Of a stretch of 64,000 bases of DNA, positions 18,974 through 29,684 are shown one piece after another. Below the pieces are notes generated by a model. The model was not told the DNA's origin. It searched no databases and worked only from the letters and a program-made list of their open reading frames with translations. Made by a program: the position numbers and the translations under genes. Origin of the DNA: Candidatus Woesearchaeota archaeon (GTDB taxonomy: Archaea; Nanobdellota; Nanobdellia; Woesearchaeales; UBA583); NCBI GenBank assembly GCA_965205335.1, contig OZ242164.1:736001-800000 (forward strand). The letters are read 5' to 3'. Numbering within the stretch: position 1 is the first letter of the stretch; each line of letters opens with the position of its first letter.

Positions 18974-19882
18974 ATGGAAACAACAATTAAATTAGAAAAG
19001 CGAATAGAACCTTCAAGAAGAAGATTCTTACAAGGATTAGTAGGTGCTGGTGTTACTGCATACACATCATCTGCATATACACCATTTGCATTTGCACAAA
19101 GAAGAAAGAGAATCTCAGATGAAGCAAGAAACAGAATTTGGAAAAACTATCCCCAAATGCAGGGTGCAATTGATTTGATAAACAGAGGTGCTTTTGAAGG
19201 ATTAATTGATTATGCACTATATCCAAATCAAGGATATTATGACCCAAGAGGCATTCCTACATCAGTAAGGAAAATACCAAGAGGAGATATGGACACACCA
19301 CACTATTGGCTTCTTTTAAAAATTCTTGAAGGTGATGGTTATAATATCTTTGCCGACAATAACGGAGAACCTTTTTTGGGCGTTCCTCCTCCTCCTTCCC
19401 CTCCATCAGGTGTATGGTATTTCGCAAGAGGGTTGAGAACCGGAAGTCCTGACAATGAAAGTAATTTACTTAAAGCCTTGTACATAGGAGCAACAGGCAG
19501 TCCGGATGGAGCAGAACCAATAATAAATGGTACATTTATGAATGTATCTGGAGTTAGAGAAAAAGTTAGGGAATGGAGAGAAGAATATGACTTTGCCCCA
19601 CATTCAGATGAAGGAAATCATCTGTTAGCATATAATCTAAACATTCTCAGGGAAGCCATTTTCCCCAACACAGAACATTTTAAAGGCAGAGAACTTGTAG
19701 AATTAAGTCTTTTGGGACTGGAGGATTTTTATGATGAGGTTTATTCACCTGAAAAGAGTAATATCTATGGAGGAAGAATAGTTGGGGATTTAACGAAGAA
19801 GGATAAGTTGCCTGGATATTTTATGATTGATGAAGCAGGAGCAGAATCTCCTTTACCCGTGTTAAGATTTCATAGTAGGTAG
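18974..19882 (+). CDS. Hypothetical protein with twin-arginine signal peptide
   Basis: SRRRFLQGLVGAGVTA...AFA; Pro-rich stretch. Confidence 0.7.
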   Translation: METTIKLEKRIEPSRRRFLQGLVGAGVTAYTSSAYTPFAFAQRRKRISDEARNRIWKNYPQMQGAIDLINRGAFEGLIDYALYPNQGYYDPRGIPTSVRKIPRGDMDTPHYWLLLKILEGDGYNIFADNNGEPFLGVPPPPSPPSGVWYFARGLRTGSPDNESNLLKALYIGATGSPDGAEPIINGTFMNVSGVREKVREWREEYDFAPHSDEGNHLLAYNLNILREAIFPNTEHFKGRELVELSLLGLEDFYDEVYSPEKSNIYGGRIVGDLTKKDKLPGYFMIDEAGAESPLPVLRFHSR

Positions 19883-19938
19883 CGAGAAAGAGAAATTAAA
19901 ATTCCATTTATCGGTCTCTGATTGATTATTTCATCTTA

Positions 19939-22900
19939 TTAACTAACCCCTCCATCTTCTGGAGTTTTTGTTTTTTCTTTCCGTTGAACTCCACCACTTG
20001 TGATTCTGTCAATTGTTCCGGGATCACATTGTCTTATTCTGAATGTTCTTGATATAGTTACTGGTTCTTTATTTTTTTTAGGGTCTTTACTCTTTTGATG
20101 ATATGTTATATACAGAGTAACTTCTTCTTCAGGAGTTCCTGTTGGAAGTTTATATCCTGACAATTTTAATTTTCCCTTATAAATATTGTCTTTATATTCT
20201 AGTTCTGTTTCCAGTTTTATTGGATCACTTCCTTCTCTCTTAAATATGTGATTATCTATTTTTTCTAACTTGTTATCCTTACTATCTCTTCTCTGTTGTG
20301 CAAATGAAACTCTATAATCAAAATCTTCATTATCATTTTCAATAACAAGTCTTCCTTCAGATTCATAATTAAATCTCTTACTATTACTTACTGCTGAAAT
20401 TATTACTTCCACATTTAAATCTTGTTCCTCCCCTTTATTTCTGACACAGACGCTTTGCTTTTCAAATGGTCTTACTATATCAAATATAAAATTCACATCT
20501 TCATCATCTTCATTTTCAGCATTCGGAGCAACAGTAAATCTTAGTTCAAGCAAATCATTTAAATCCACATTTCTTGACACATCTATGTCTTCACCTACTA
20601 TACTATAATTTCTGAAATTATCTCTTGTTATTCTTCCTGCATTGCTTGGTAAAAGTCTTAACAATAATTTGCATGAACCTGCCCGCAAATTATTTAACTG
20701 GTTATTATTTTGGTCTGGCAAATTGACAATAGGAAGAAATGTTTTTTGTTCTTGTCCATTAGCATTTGTCAAAAATATATTGACACCCCTCGCAGGAACT
20801 TGATTCAACCTTAATTCTACTTCTCTTACTCCACCTCCAATTTTGGAAATACATTCATCACCTAAACTGCTTAAACTTATGTCAGTAGTACTGCTCCCAC
20901 TAAAAGTTACAGCATTGTTGCTTGGACATGTCTCTTCATCATCACCAATCTTAAACTTAACATCACTCAAATCAAAACTTGGGGGTGTCCCCTCAAATAG
21001 TCCCTGCTCGTATTTAAATCTAATTAGGGTTTCTCCACTAATAGAGATAGAGCCTGTATCTTTAAGTGTCGCTGTTGCAAGAGGGTAAAGTTCAATCTTT
21101 CTTAATTCTGGAATTTCCTCTAGTTCTATTATTTGGGGATTTAATAAAGATAATGGTTCAGATTTTGGCTGGCTCTCACTTCCTCTTCCCTGTCTGCAGT
21201 CAAACATATAATGCAAATTAACATTATCTATTTCACCTACTGAATTTGGTCTTATATCCAAGAAAGCATCAATGTTCACCATGTTTCCTGGATACAACAC
21301 AGGAGTTGCCACTCCTCTTGGATTTGGAATAATCTTTGTTGCATCCCTGCTTAATCTGTGCTGGCTAAACAATGCATTCTCTGTAAATATTGCATCACAG
21401 TGAATTCCTCCAAACTCTGCAACTTCCCCTCCTTGAACAGAACTTGGCTCAGAAGTACCAGTTCCAAAAGCTCCTGCTTTCCAATGACATCTTGCAAATA
21501 ACACATCACTTGGAACAATAGACTCTTCATTAGACAAAGTTGTTAAAGTCTGCCCATCTAATTCATATTCATGTCTCGCACGTATAATATTAAACCTAAA
21601 CCTTCCTGCTCTATCTGTTAAAGGAACAACAGTTGATTTTAACTCACCTCTTCTTACATTCAAAGAAGGAACTCTAAGACGATTAATAATATGTCTATCT
21701 CCATGAGAACTAATCCCTGGAGGACAGTATTCTCCATGAGGTGCGGAACTATCACATATAAACTCAATTTCTGTTGTAACCGTCTGTCCTCCTGACAGAA
21801 CATAATATGAAAACTTATACTGAACAGCAATATCACCAGTTATAGGATTATAACCAACAAACCTTGATGTTGGAAACATTGGCCCAAACGTTGGTTTAAC
21901 CTGATTCTTATCAACAGCCGTTAAAATATTATCTGTCAAAACGCTCCAATCACCTGTAAACGCCGCAAGACAAACATTCTTTGTAATAGATTGAGTTGAG
22001 AACCCTGCCTGTTCTAAAAACGTATCATCATACCTATCGTTAATAATCTTATCTCCTTCATTTGCAGAACGCAGAACCTCTGTAAAAAAATTACCATCTC
22101 CAGTATGATAATCCCCTCCCACATTTCTTTTCGGTGAATCTCCTACTGTTTTGTATAAAATATTTGTTACAACTTCACAAACACCCATAGAAAACAACCT
22201 CTCACAATAAGCACCCTTCACAACACCTACCTTTGCCTGATCTAAACACTTATTAATAGATTTCATCCATTTAAGAATATTCTTTGAATGAGAATAAGTA
22301 TCAGTTATAACCCCACACCTTATAGACTCAATAATATTATCCTTGGGATTTTTCCCAGGAACTCCAGAACCTTCCCATGTGGGAACGACCCCGTCATCAT
22401 CAAGAGTAAAGAAATTACATCTTGTACCATCATACTTAGGATGACCTGTTTGCATGCAAACCCCAGACATCTCCAGCAAATCAACTTTTTGATGCTTTAC
22501 AGTTTTACATTCACTATATGTTTTATCTCTTCCTACATCTGGTTCACCATTTCTAAGAGGCACTTTTTCTAAAACAGCAGGTTCTCCTCCTTCTGATTTT
22601 GTGCATCTCTTCCAGTTTCCTCCTATTTTTATTGGGTTATTTCCTGTACATTCTACTTCCTTTCCATCATCAATACAACCTTTACCAAATCTTGCAGGTG
22701 CACACGTTGGTCTTACGAGTTCTCTTGAGAAAGTGTTTGGATTTTGAAGCCAACTCTGTTCTATCCTTTCATATCTCTGAACTTGTCCTGAAACAAGAAC
22801 ACCATCAAATTTCCCTTCTCCATAGAAATCACAAGGATCACCAATTTTCAAACTATCAAATGTTGCAAGAAGATCTCTTGTACCTCCATCTCCAGACTTA

Positions 22901-25455
22901 TATATTATTGCATCATCCAGAACACTTCCACCTCCAGAACCAAAATAGTCATCCCCCTTGGTGTCAATAATCCCTCCACCACCTACAGTTGAGCTTCTAT
23001 TAAAATCACCAAATCCCTCGCACCTCTGAGGAGAAGGAGAACCAATTATCCTATCACAAACAGTAAAAATTTGGCGTCTATATTCCTTTATTTTATTTTC
23101 AATATTTTTAATTTCTTCATTATCCTTACTTAAACTCTTCTTTGAACGTTCCTTTGCAATTCTAAATGTATTAACTAATCTTATTCCTGTGCAAGCAATA
23201 ACACCTACAACAGAAGCATGTCCCAAATAATTAGTAACCTTCTCTACCTTATCAATAGTGGTGTTTAAATACTTCTGCAAACCCTCTATCATTTTTGGAG
23301 ATAACCACTTAGTATGATCAAAAGGTCTATCAATATCAATAGTTAGAGGGAAATAAATTAAATTTCTCTCATCTATAGGAATTCTTGAATCCTTAATCTC
23401 ATATGTAACCTTTCCTCCAAAACCTAATTCAAGTTTAGTTGGATAATCTTTAGGCGGCAAATTCAAAGGATTAATCCTTATAGGAACATAAACAATTGCA
23501 TCCCCTGTATTTCTATCAAAATAATAAGTAAGTCTGGCATTTTCAATTGAAATATACCTATTGTCTGGATATTGTCTCGTATCATCTTTTCTAATATGAA
23601 AATGACTTAAACGAGATACTTTTCCTGGTCCTAAGTACTGGAAAGTTGCCTGCAATCCAAACTCACTGCCTGAAAATCCTCCCCTCAAATCAGTATTAGA
23701 CTCAATATCACCAACAGTAAACGAATTAGGAATAGGAACCACCTCTGTAACTTGCCACAGAGTATTGCCTGAATCAAGAGTAAGATCTATATTTTCCATT
23801 ACAAAATTTCCGAACTTATCTGTCATTGCAAAACAGACCTGATTTCTTGATACAACCTTCTCCACCTGATAACTTGTTTCTTTCTCACTTGCATGTTCAT
23901 ATCTTCTTGCTTCGCTTTCTCTAAAAGAATCCTCATGAAGACTAATTAAAATCTCAAACTTGCCCTCACTATTTGATGTAACTTTTTTCCTCTTTGAAAT
24001 TAAACTCAGAAGGGAAAGTTGCTTCTCAGGTAAATTAACCTCAGGCCCAAACACTCTCCTACTACCAAACTGTCTCAAATTTCTTATAAAAAAGCTCTGA
24101 TTATTATAATTCCTGCACGAAACTCTTTTTCCATCTTCATCAAGAGCATCTCTTGGAATTGTAAAAACCGTTAATTCAACATCTGGTTTATTAACCTTAC
24201 CTTCAAGTTCAAGAATTGGAAAATGAACTTTTGAACCTGCCTGAGGATCAAGTTCGCCTCTCAAAAGTTTTGGTTTCTTTGTATCAACAATAAAAATATG
24301 AGCCTCCTTATGCAAATTACCTGCCATATCATAAGCATTAAGCGTAACATTATTCTGTCCATCTTTAAGCCTTAGCTCTAATTCATGAAAATCCAAAGAC
24401 ACATCCAACTCCTCAGAGAAATTCTTATCATTAAGTGTATAATTCAAAACAGAAGCATCAGTTGAAAAATTCAAAATAATATTCTTTTCATTTAGAAAAA
24501 AAGAATTATCTTCCTTAAAGACTTTCTTTGAATTATCAACATTTGAAGAAAAATAAATTCCAACAATATCAAACTGAGGTCTCACAGTATCAGAAATTAC
24601 CTCAACTCTCTTCTCACCATTGAAGATATCTTTTCTGTCTACCTCAGTTGTAATCAACCTAATTGAATTAACCCCTTCACGTAAGCCCCCAATGGTCTTA
24701 TTAAACTTATTCCCATCAAGTTCAATACTTTTTAACAATCCAATATTACCAATAACTCCATCATGATTTAGAACATAATAAAGAGGATAAGAGGAATCAC
24801 TAACTGTACCCATTAAAACAATCTCATCATCATCTGTAATATTTACAAAATCTCTAACAGTAATAACATTTGAATATTTCTCATAATAAATTGTCTCTTC
24901 AAAAGTTTCAAGTTTTGTTTTATCTTTTAAAGACTTTGCCACAAACTTCAAAGTATTCTCCCCATCCATAAAAAGATTCTGGTTAATCTCATCAAAAACA
25001 AAAGGAAGCAGTTTATCCTCAACTGATATTTCCCCCCTTGTTCCACCAATTTCATCCCTTATTGTAAGAACTTCTCTCTTATCCCATAAAAATTCAAGTG
25101 TCTGTTTGGGTTTTAAAGTCTTATTCGCAAAACCCATTATATTTAACCTGTAATCTCTCTCTGAATGATTATTCATAAAAATCAACCAAGAACTCCGAGA
25201 AACTTCATAATTAGAAATACCTCCTGTAAGATAAATTGTTGTGGCATTATCAACTAAGTCTATTCTGTCAATATCATTATCATTTACAAACAAGCTAAGT
25301 TCAATCCCTGATGAAGCTTCCCCACTTATAATAACCTCTCCGCTTAGATAATCATTTTTCTCCAACCGAACTTCAGGAAAAGAATAAGAGACAGAAATTA
25401 AACTAACAAAAAGCAAAATAAATACAAAACACACAGATGATTTTTTTATTGTCAC
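19939..25455 (-). CDS. Giant secreted/surface protein (1838 aa), Ig-like N-terminal domains and Cys-rich core
   Basis: Sec signal peptide; LREGVNSI, LKDGQNNVTLNAYDMAGN..DTKKP Ig-like motifs; many paired Cys. Confidence 0.85.
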   Translation of the reverse strand: MTIKKSSVCFVFILLFVSLISVSYSFPEVRLEKNDYLSGEVIISGEASSGIELSLFVNDNDIDRIDLVDNATTIYLTGGISNYEVSRSSWLIFMNNHSERDYRLNIMGFANKTLKPKQTLEFLWDKREVLTIRDEIGGTRGEISVEDKLLPFVFDEINQNLFMDGENTLKFVAKSLKDKTKLETFEETIYYEKYSNVITVRDFVNITDDDEIVLMGTVSDSSYPLYYVLNHDGVIGNIGLLKSIELDGNKFNKTIGGLREGVNSIRLITTEVDRKDIFNGEKRVEVISDTVRPQFDIVGIYFSSNVDNSKKVFKEDNSFFLNEKNIILNFSTDASVLNYTLNDKNFSEELDVSLDFHELELRLKDGQNNVTLNAYDMAGNLHKEAHIFIVDTKKPKLLRGELDPQAGSKVHFPILELEGKVNKPDVELTVFTIPRDALDEDGKRVSCRNYNNQSFFIRNLRQFGSRRVFGPEVNLPEKQLSLLSLISKRKKVTSNSEGKFEILISLHEDSFRESEARRYEHASEKETSYQVEKVVSRNQVCFAMTDKFGNFVMENIDLTLDSGNTLWQVTEVVPIPNSFTVGDIESNTDLRGGFSGSEFGLQATFQYLGPGKVSRLSHFHIRKDDTRQYPDNRYISIENARLTYYFDRNTGDAIVYVPIRINPLNLPPKDYPTKLELGFGGKVTYEIKDSRIPIDERNLIYFPLTIDIDRPFDHTKWLSPKMIEGLQKYLNTTIDKVEKVTNYLGHASVVGVIACTGIRLVNTFRIAKERSKKSLSKDNEEIKNIENKIKEYRRQIFTVCDRIIGSPSPQRCEGFGDFNRSSTVGGGGIIDTKGDDYFGSGGGSVLDDAIIYKSGDGGTRDLLATFDSLKIGDPCDFYGEGKFDGVLVSGQVQRYERIEQSWLQNPNTFSRELVRPTCAPARFGKGCIDDGKEVECTGNNPIKIGGNWKRCTKSEGGEPAVLEKVPLRNGEPDVGRDKTYSECKTVKHQKVDLLEMSGVCMQTGHPKYDGTRCNFFTLDDDGVVPTWEGSGVPGKNPKDNIIESIRCGVITDTYSHSKNILKWMKSINKCLDQAKVGVVKGAYCERLFSMGVCEVVTNILYKTVGDSPKRNVGGDYHTGDGNFFTEVLRSANEGDKIINDRYDDTFLEQAGFSTQSITKNVCLAAFTGDWSVLTDNILTAVDKNQVKPTFGPMFPTSRFVGYNPITGDIAVQYKFSYYVLSGGQTVTTEIEFICDSSAPHGEYCPPGISSHGDRHIINRLRVPSLNVRRGELKSTVVPLTDRAGRFRFNIIRARHEYELDGQTLTTLSNEESIVPSDVLFARCHWKAGAFGTGTSEPSSVQGGEVAEFGGIHCDAIFTENALFSQHRLSRDATKIIPNPRGVATPVLYPGNMVNIDAFLDIRPNSVGEIDNVNLHYMFDCRQGRGSESQPKSEPLSLLNPQIIELEEIPELRKIELYPLATATLKDTGSISISGETLIRFKYEQGLFEGTPPSFDLSDVKFKIGDDEETCPSNNAVTFSGSSTTDISLSSLGDECISKIGGGVREVELRLNQVPARGVNIFLTNANGQEQKTFLPIVNLPDQNNNQLNNLRAGSCKLLLRLLPSNAGRITRDNFRNYSIVGEDIDVSRNVDLNDLLELRFTVAPNAENEDDEDVNFIFDIVRPFEKQSVCVRNKGEEQDLNVEVIISAVSNSKRFNYESEGRLVIENDNEDFDYRVSFAQQRRDSKDNKLEKIDNHIFKREGSDPIKLETELEYKDNIYKGKLKLSGYKLPTGTPEEEVTLYITYHQKSKDPKKNKEPVTISRTFRIRQCDPGTIDRITSGGVQRKEKTKTPEDGGVS

Positions 25456-25576
25456 TTATCTCAAATCCCCAAAAACAAGTTTTATTAGTGTTTTGCTTTA
25501 CTATATAGTGAATAGAAAATCAAATTTCAAACACACAACATAAAATACATTGCAAAAGTCCTCTTTAAACTCTTTT

Positions 25577-26452
25577 TTAAAGTTCCTCTATAATTACAGA
25601 AGAGACATCTATTAAATTAGTTTCATGTTGCACAGAATTCGTTGTGTAAATCCCATCAAAATGCTTTTTCATTTTTTTAAATCCATTCTCAGTAAAAAGT
25701 CCGTGAACACCTATTGCAAAAACAGACTTAGCGCCAAGTTTTCTAATTTTAATTGCAGATTTAATCATTGTATTCCCCGTTGAAATAATATCATCTACAA
25801 TTATCACATTCTTTCCTTTAAAGTCTATCTCATCAGTCATTTTCACATCAACATTTCTTGTGGTGCGTCTGTCCTTATGCAGAACTGTATCTTTAACATG
25901 AACTTCTTCTGCAATCTTATCAGCCCATTGATATGATTCCTCATCAGGACCTGCAATAACCAAGTCCCTTTTAGAAAAATTCTTTTTAATATGTTTTACA
26001 ATAACTGAATTTGCAGTAAGATTCTTGGCAGGAATTTTAAAAATATCTTTCATTCTATGAATCCTATGAAGATGAGGATCAATGGTTAATATTTTATCTA
26101 CATACAAATTCATCAAATCAGACATAATCAATGCATTAATTGCATCACCTGAATCAAACTCTTTATCCTGTCTCATAAACCCTAAATAAGGTGCTACTAA
26201 AACTACTTTCTTTGCCCCTTGCATTTTAGCGGATTTTGAGGCAAAAATAATCCTCAATAAAGATTCATTTGGATTTGGCTGAAAAGATTCAATTATAACT
26301 AACTTCTCCCCCATAACATCCGATTTAAACCTTAAATAAATTTCACCATCCGGGAATTCCCTTACATCTGTCTCAATATACTTTGCTCTTATTGACTTTG
26401 CAATCTTTCTTGCAAGTTTTTCCGAATTCATTAAAGAGGTTAGTATAACCAT
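25577..26452 (-). CDS. prs: Ribose-phosphate pyrophosphokinase
   Basis: FPDGEIY, PYLGFMRQDKEF, DPHLH, IIVDDIISTGNT; start at MVILTS. Confidence 0.95.
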   Translation of the reverse strand: MVILTSLMNSEKLARKIAKSIRAKYIETDVREFPDGEIYLRFKSDVMGEKLVIIESFQPNPNESLLRIIFASKSAKMQGAKKVVLVAPYLGFMRQDKEFDSGDAINALIMSDLMNLYVDKILTIDPHLHRIHRMKDIFKIPAKNLTANSVIVKHIKKNFSKRDLVIAGPDEESYQWADKIAEEVHVKDTVLHKDRRTTRNVDVKMTDEIDFKGKNVIIVDDIISTGNTMIKSAIKIRKLGAKSVFAIGVHGLFTENGFKKMKKHFDGIYTTNSVQHETNLIDVSSVIIEEL

Positions 26453-26699
26453 AAAGGTTATGCAAAAAACACATTTATAAATATTCTTTGTCATTGATTC
26501 TGTAACAAAATATAATATTCTTTTTAGTTATAATATAACAAGTTTTAATTCCATCGTCGTAATATGGTAAAAACTAATTCTCTCTAAATCAATCATTTCA
26601 TTTCGCATCAGAGAATTTTTTCAGAAGTTAATTTATGAATTATTGTTACTTTCAGTGAACACACAAACACATATATATTGAAACTTAAGGAAAAGTCAC

Positions 26700-28922
26700 A
26701 TGAGGAAATTTAAGACATTTATAGTTTTTATAATAGTCGTTCTTTTTTTTGGATTATTTTCAGTTTTCAGTGCAACAAGTAATGTTGAGCCAAATGTTGG
26801 TATCAGTCCTAATGAAGATTACTATAAAGAAGAAAACTTCAATAGGAATGGTTCTAATGGAAGTGGTTTTAATGAAGATGATTTTTACGAGAATAGTTCT
26901 AATGCAGACTCTGATGGAAATGAGACAATATTAACAAATAATAGCATGGATGGAGTTTGTGATGTAAGTGTTGATAAATGTATAAATGGAACTTATCAGA
27001 ACTTTTTAGATAATTCAACTCATTATTTGTGGAAGTGTAATGGATTAAATGGAGGAAGTAATATTTTATGTATTAAGGCAAAAATTAAGTCTAATCATAC
27101 GAGTAATAAGACTGGCAATCACAAACTAATTACTATTTCCAATGTCACAAGGGCAGGTGAAAATCATAATTGTAAGAGTATAGGTTGTGATTATCTTGTT
27201 AGTGGAAGAAATTTGTATAGTAATATTGTTGTTAATGGATATTCTGACAATGAATCATTATTATTTTCAACTGAACTGAAACTCATATATGATGATAACG
27301 ATGACGCATATTTTTTTAGGGTCCCAAGAGGTGAAAATTTATGTTCAAATGGAACAGAAAATTGCATTATTTATGTTACGTTTAGAGAACCTAATAGGAA
27401 TAATACAATAGGAGGCTCATCATATAGATGGTATATCTATTATTTTTATCATTCTGAACCTAAAATTATGAACGTATCTCAAGATAGGAGAGATAATTAC
27501 AGAAGGTTTTTTGTTATTGGAAGAGATTTAAATGATAATATCAGTGTTAAATTATATAGAGAAAGTAATGAGAGGAGTCTCTCATTTTATGAAACAACTT
27601 TAGAAAGAAAGAGTTTATATATTGCAAACTTAGGACAAATCAAATCATATACAGATGGTTATTTTGATGTTCCAATTAAAATAGAATTATGCTTGAATAA
27701 TAAAAGTAGATGTGCAGTTTATATTGAATTTACACATCCATCCTCGCCAGAAGAAGATCACATTAATGGATTTAATATTGATGTCTACGAACCTTACAAT
27801 ATAACAATAGAAAATGTTACATATAATCGTTTTACGAATAAAATAAGTATTGAAATATACAACACTCTGAATAGCCGCCACCGTCTTTATGAGAGGTATA
27901 TGCTTAATATTTCGCTAAATGACAAGAATAGTCTTAGTTCTATCTTTGAACCTTCAAATGGTGGGAAGTTACTTACAGAGATTAGTTTGACACCTTCATT
28001 ATATGATAAACTCACAAATGAATCAAACACGGTTAATTATACTGCTGTGCTTTATGGAGGAAATTTTATAGATAGGAATAAGAATAACGGTTTGATTTTC
28101 AAGAATATACTTGCATCACAAGAGGGAACTTTTTCTTCACAAGAAGGAATGATGAGTGGATGTTATGGATATTGCGATATAGGACCTGTTCTGTGGATGG
28201 GAAATGGGGATCTCTCGAAGTATGATTTATTTTTCGTAGTTGAAGGGAAAACCCAAGAGGAAGTAGAGGATCAATTAGATAGGATCTTCGGAAGTGGGGA
28301 CTATTCCTTGTTTAAAACAAATCCCTTTATTGGACAAGAAGATAAGTTTAATATTTATTATGCAATTCTCTCTGAAGCATATGATTATTCTTATGGAAGT
28401 TGTAGATGGAGTTCTGGATCAGATGAAGGTATTGAACGTTTTAGTAACATTTTTAATCAAGACTGGATAGATGGAAAGGTTTATTTTAGTCAGAATCCAA
28501 AGATCTGGGGTCATGCTAAGTTTGGTGAGTATATTAAGATGTCTTATACCTGTTCTGGTGCTCCTGATACTATTTTTATTCATGAGTTCGGGCATATGTT
28601 CGGACATTTGTGGGATGAGTACATTTATCCTAATAACAATGGTTCTTCTGCTATAAATAATTGTCTTGCAGGAGAGGGTTTAATTGATGAAGAAGAAAGA
28701 TGTGAGGAGGGGTGTGAACTAACTGGAACACATAGATGGGAGAACATCTCTGAGTTTGATGAAGAGGTATTCTCTGGATGTACAAGTCCTCTTCTTTTTA
28801 GAGACAAGTTTCAGAGAGTTATGAGGAGTAGTTCATCAGTACCCATTTCTGAATGGATAGACGCATGGGGTGAAGTTAATGAGTATTATCTAAGAGAGAA
28901 ATTAGAGGAGGATTATAGTTAA
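26700..28922 (+). CDS. Secreted Cys-repeat protein with C-terminal M64-like zinc metallopeptidase
   Basis: Signal peptide; DGVC...WKCNGLNGG..C repeat; NPF...DKFNIYY; HEFGHMFGHLWDEY. Confidence 0.85.
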   Translation: MRKFKTFIVFIIVVLFFGLFSVFSATSNVEPNVGISPNEDYYKEENFNRNGSNGSGFNEDDFYENSSNADSDGNETILTNNSMDGVCDVSVDKCINGTYQNFLDNSTHYLWKCNGLNGGSNILCIKAKIKSNHTSNKTGNHKLITISNVTRAGENHNCKSIGCDYLVSGRNLYSNIVVNGYSDNESLLFSTELKLIYDDNDDAYFFRVPRGENLCSNGTENCIIYVTFREPNRNNTIGGSSYRWYIYYFYHSEPKIMNVSQDRRDNYRRFFVIGRDLNDNISVKLYRESNERSLSFYETTLERKSLYIANLGQIKSYTDGYFDVPIKIELCLNNKSRCAVYIEFTHPSSPEEDHINGFNIDVYEPYNITIENVTYNRFTNKISIEIYNTLNSRHRLYERYMLNISLNDKNSLSSIFEPSNGGKLLTEISLTPSLYDKLTNESNTVNYTAVLYGGNFIDRNKNNGLIFKNILASQEGTFSSQEGMMSGCYGYCDIGPVLWMGNGDLSKYDLFFVVEGKTQEEVEDQLDRIFGSGDYSLFKTNPFIGQEDKFNIYYAILSEAYDYSYGSCRWSSGSDEGIERFSNIFNQDWIDGKVYFSQNPKIWGHAKFGEYIKMSYTCSGAPDTIFIHEFGHMFGHLWDEYIYPNNNGSSAINNCLAGEGLIDEEERCEEGCELTGTHRWENISEFDEEVFSGCTSPLLFRDKFQRVMRSSSSVPISEWIDAWGEVNEYYLREKLEEDYS

Positions 28923-28923
28923 A

Positions 28924-29544
28924 ATGAAATGGAAATTAAGTTTGATGTTGTTGGTTTTAATTGGTTTTTCAATGAGTGTTTACGCTGAGAGCAGTGAAGA
29001 TGAAAGCATAGATATAATGGGAGTTACTCTAAGTTATTTTAGTGGGGAGTTTGAAGTTAAGAATGTTTATGTGATTACAGGATTTCCAACTAAGGAGTCC
29101 CAATATTCTACACATATTCTTAATATAGAGAATAAGAAAGGAAAGAATCTTTATTCTGTTAAGTTCTCAATAGGAGACGTGCATTTTTCCCCACCAGATG
29201 AAGATTGGTTTGATGAGGATGGAAATCAGATTTTTATTCCAGAGTTTGTAGAACAAGAGGTTAGTGAAACTATTTTTGTTCCGTATTTTGAAGATGGATA
29301 TTACATAGTCGTTGAGGATTTAGAGGGAAATGAGATACTAAGAGATAATATACCGAAATGGTTTGGGGTTATCCCAGATGATATAGAGTATGAGGTTGTG
29401 TTAGATGATGAAGAGATTGTAGGAGATGAAAAGAAAGAAGGAATCTGGATTTGGATTTATTTGGTTTCAATATTGATAATTGTTGTTATATGCATTATTG
29501 GAATTTTGTATTTAATAAGGGTTAATAAGAGTAATGATAGTTAG
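28924..29544 (+). CDS. Acidic secreted protein with C-terminal membrane anchor
   Basis: Signal peptide, VPYF motif, C-terminal TM; 1 bp after peptidase gene. Confidence 0.75.
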   Translation: MKWKLSLMLLVLIGFSMSVYAESSEDESIDIMGVTLSYFSGEFEVKNVYVITGFPTKESQYSTHILNIENKKGKNLYSVKFSIGDVHFSPPDEDWFDEDGNQIFIPEFVEQEVSETIFVPYFEDGYYIVVEDLEGNEILRDNIPKWFGVIPDDIEYEVVLDDEEIVGDEKKEGIWIWIYLVSILIIVVICIIGILYLIRVNKSNDS

Positions 29545-29684
29545 ATAACTTAGATAAAATCTCTAATTATTTTTTGTTAAATTTGAATTCTAAAAAAGAA
29601 CCAGTTAATATAACTATGAGAATATTAATTCTTTTTCATCACAAAAACATGCTTCTTTTTTATTTAAACTTTGAGAAAATAAAA

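Noticed and set aside
26743-26750. T8 tract in peptidase signal sequence as a phase-variation switch
   Set aside because: In frame, and such runs are common in this AT-rich sequence
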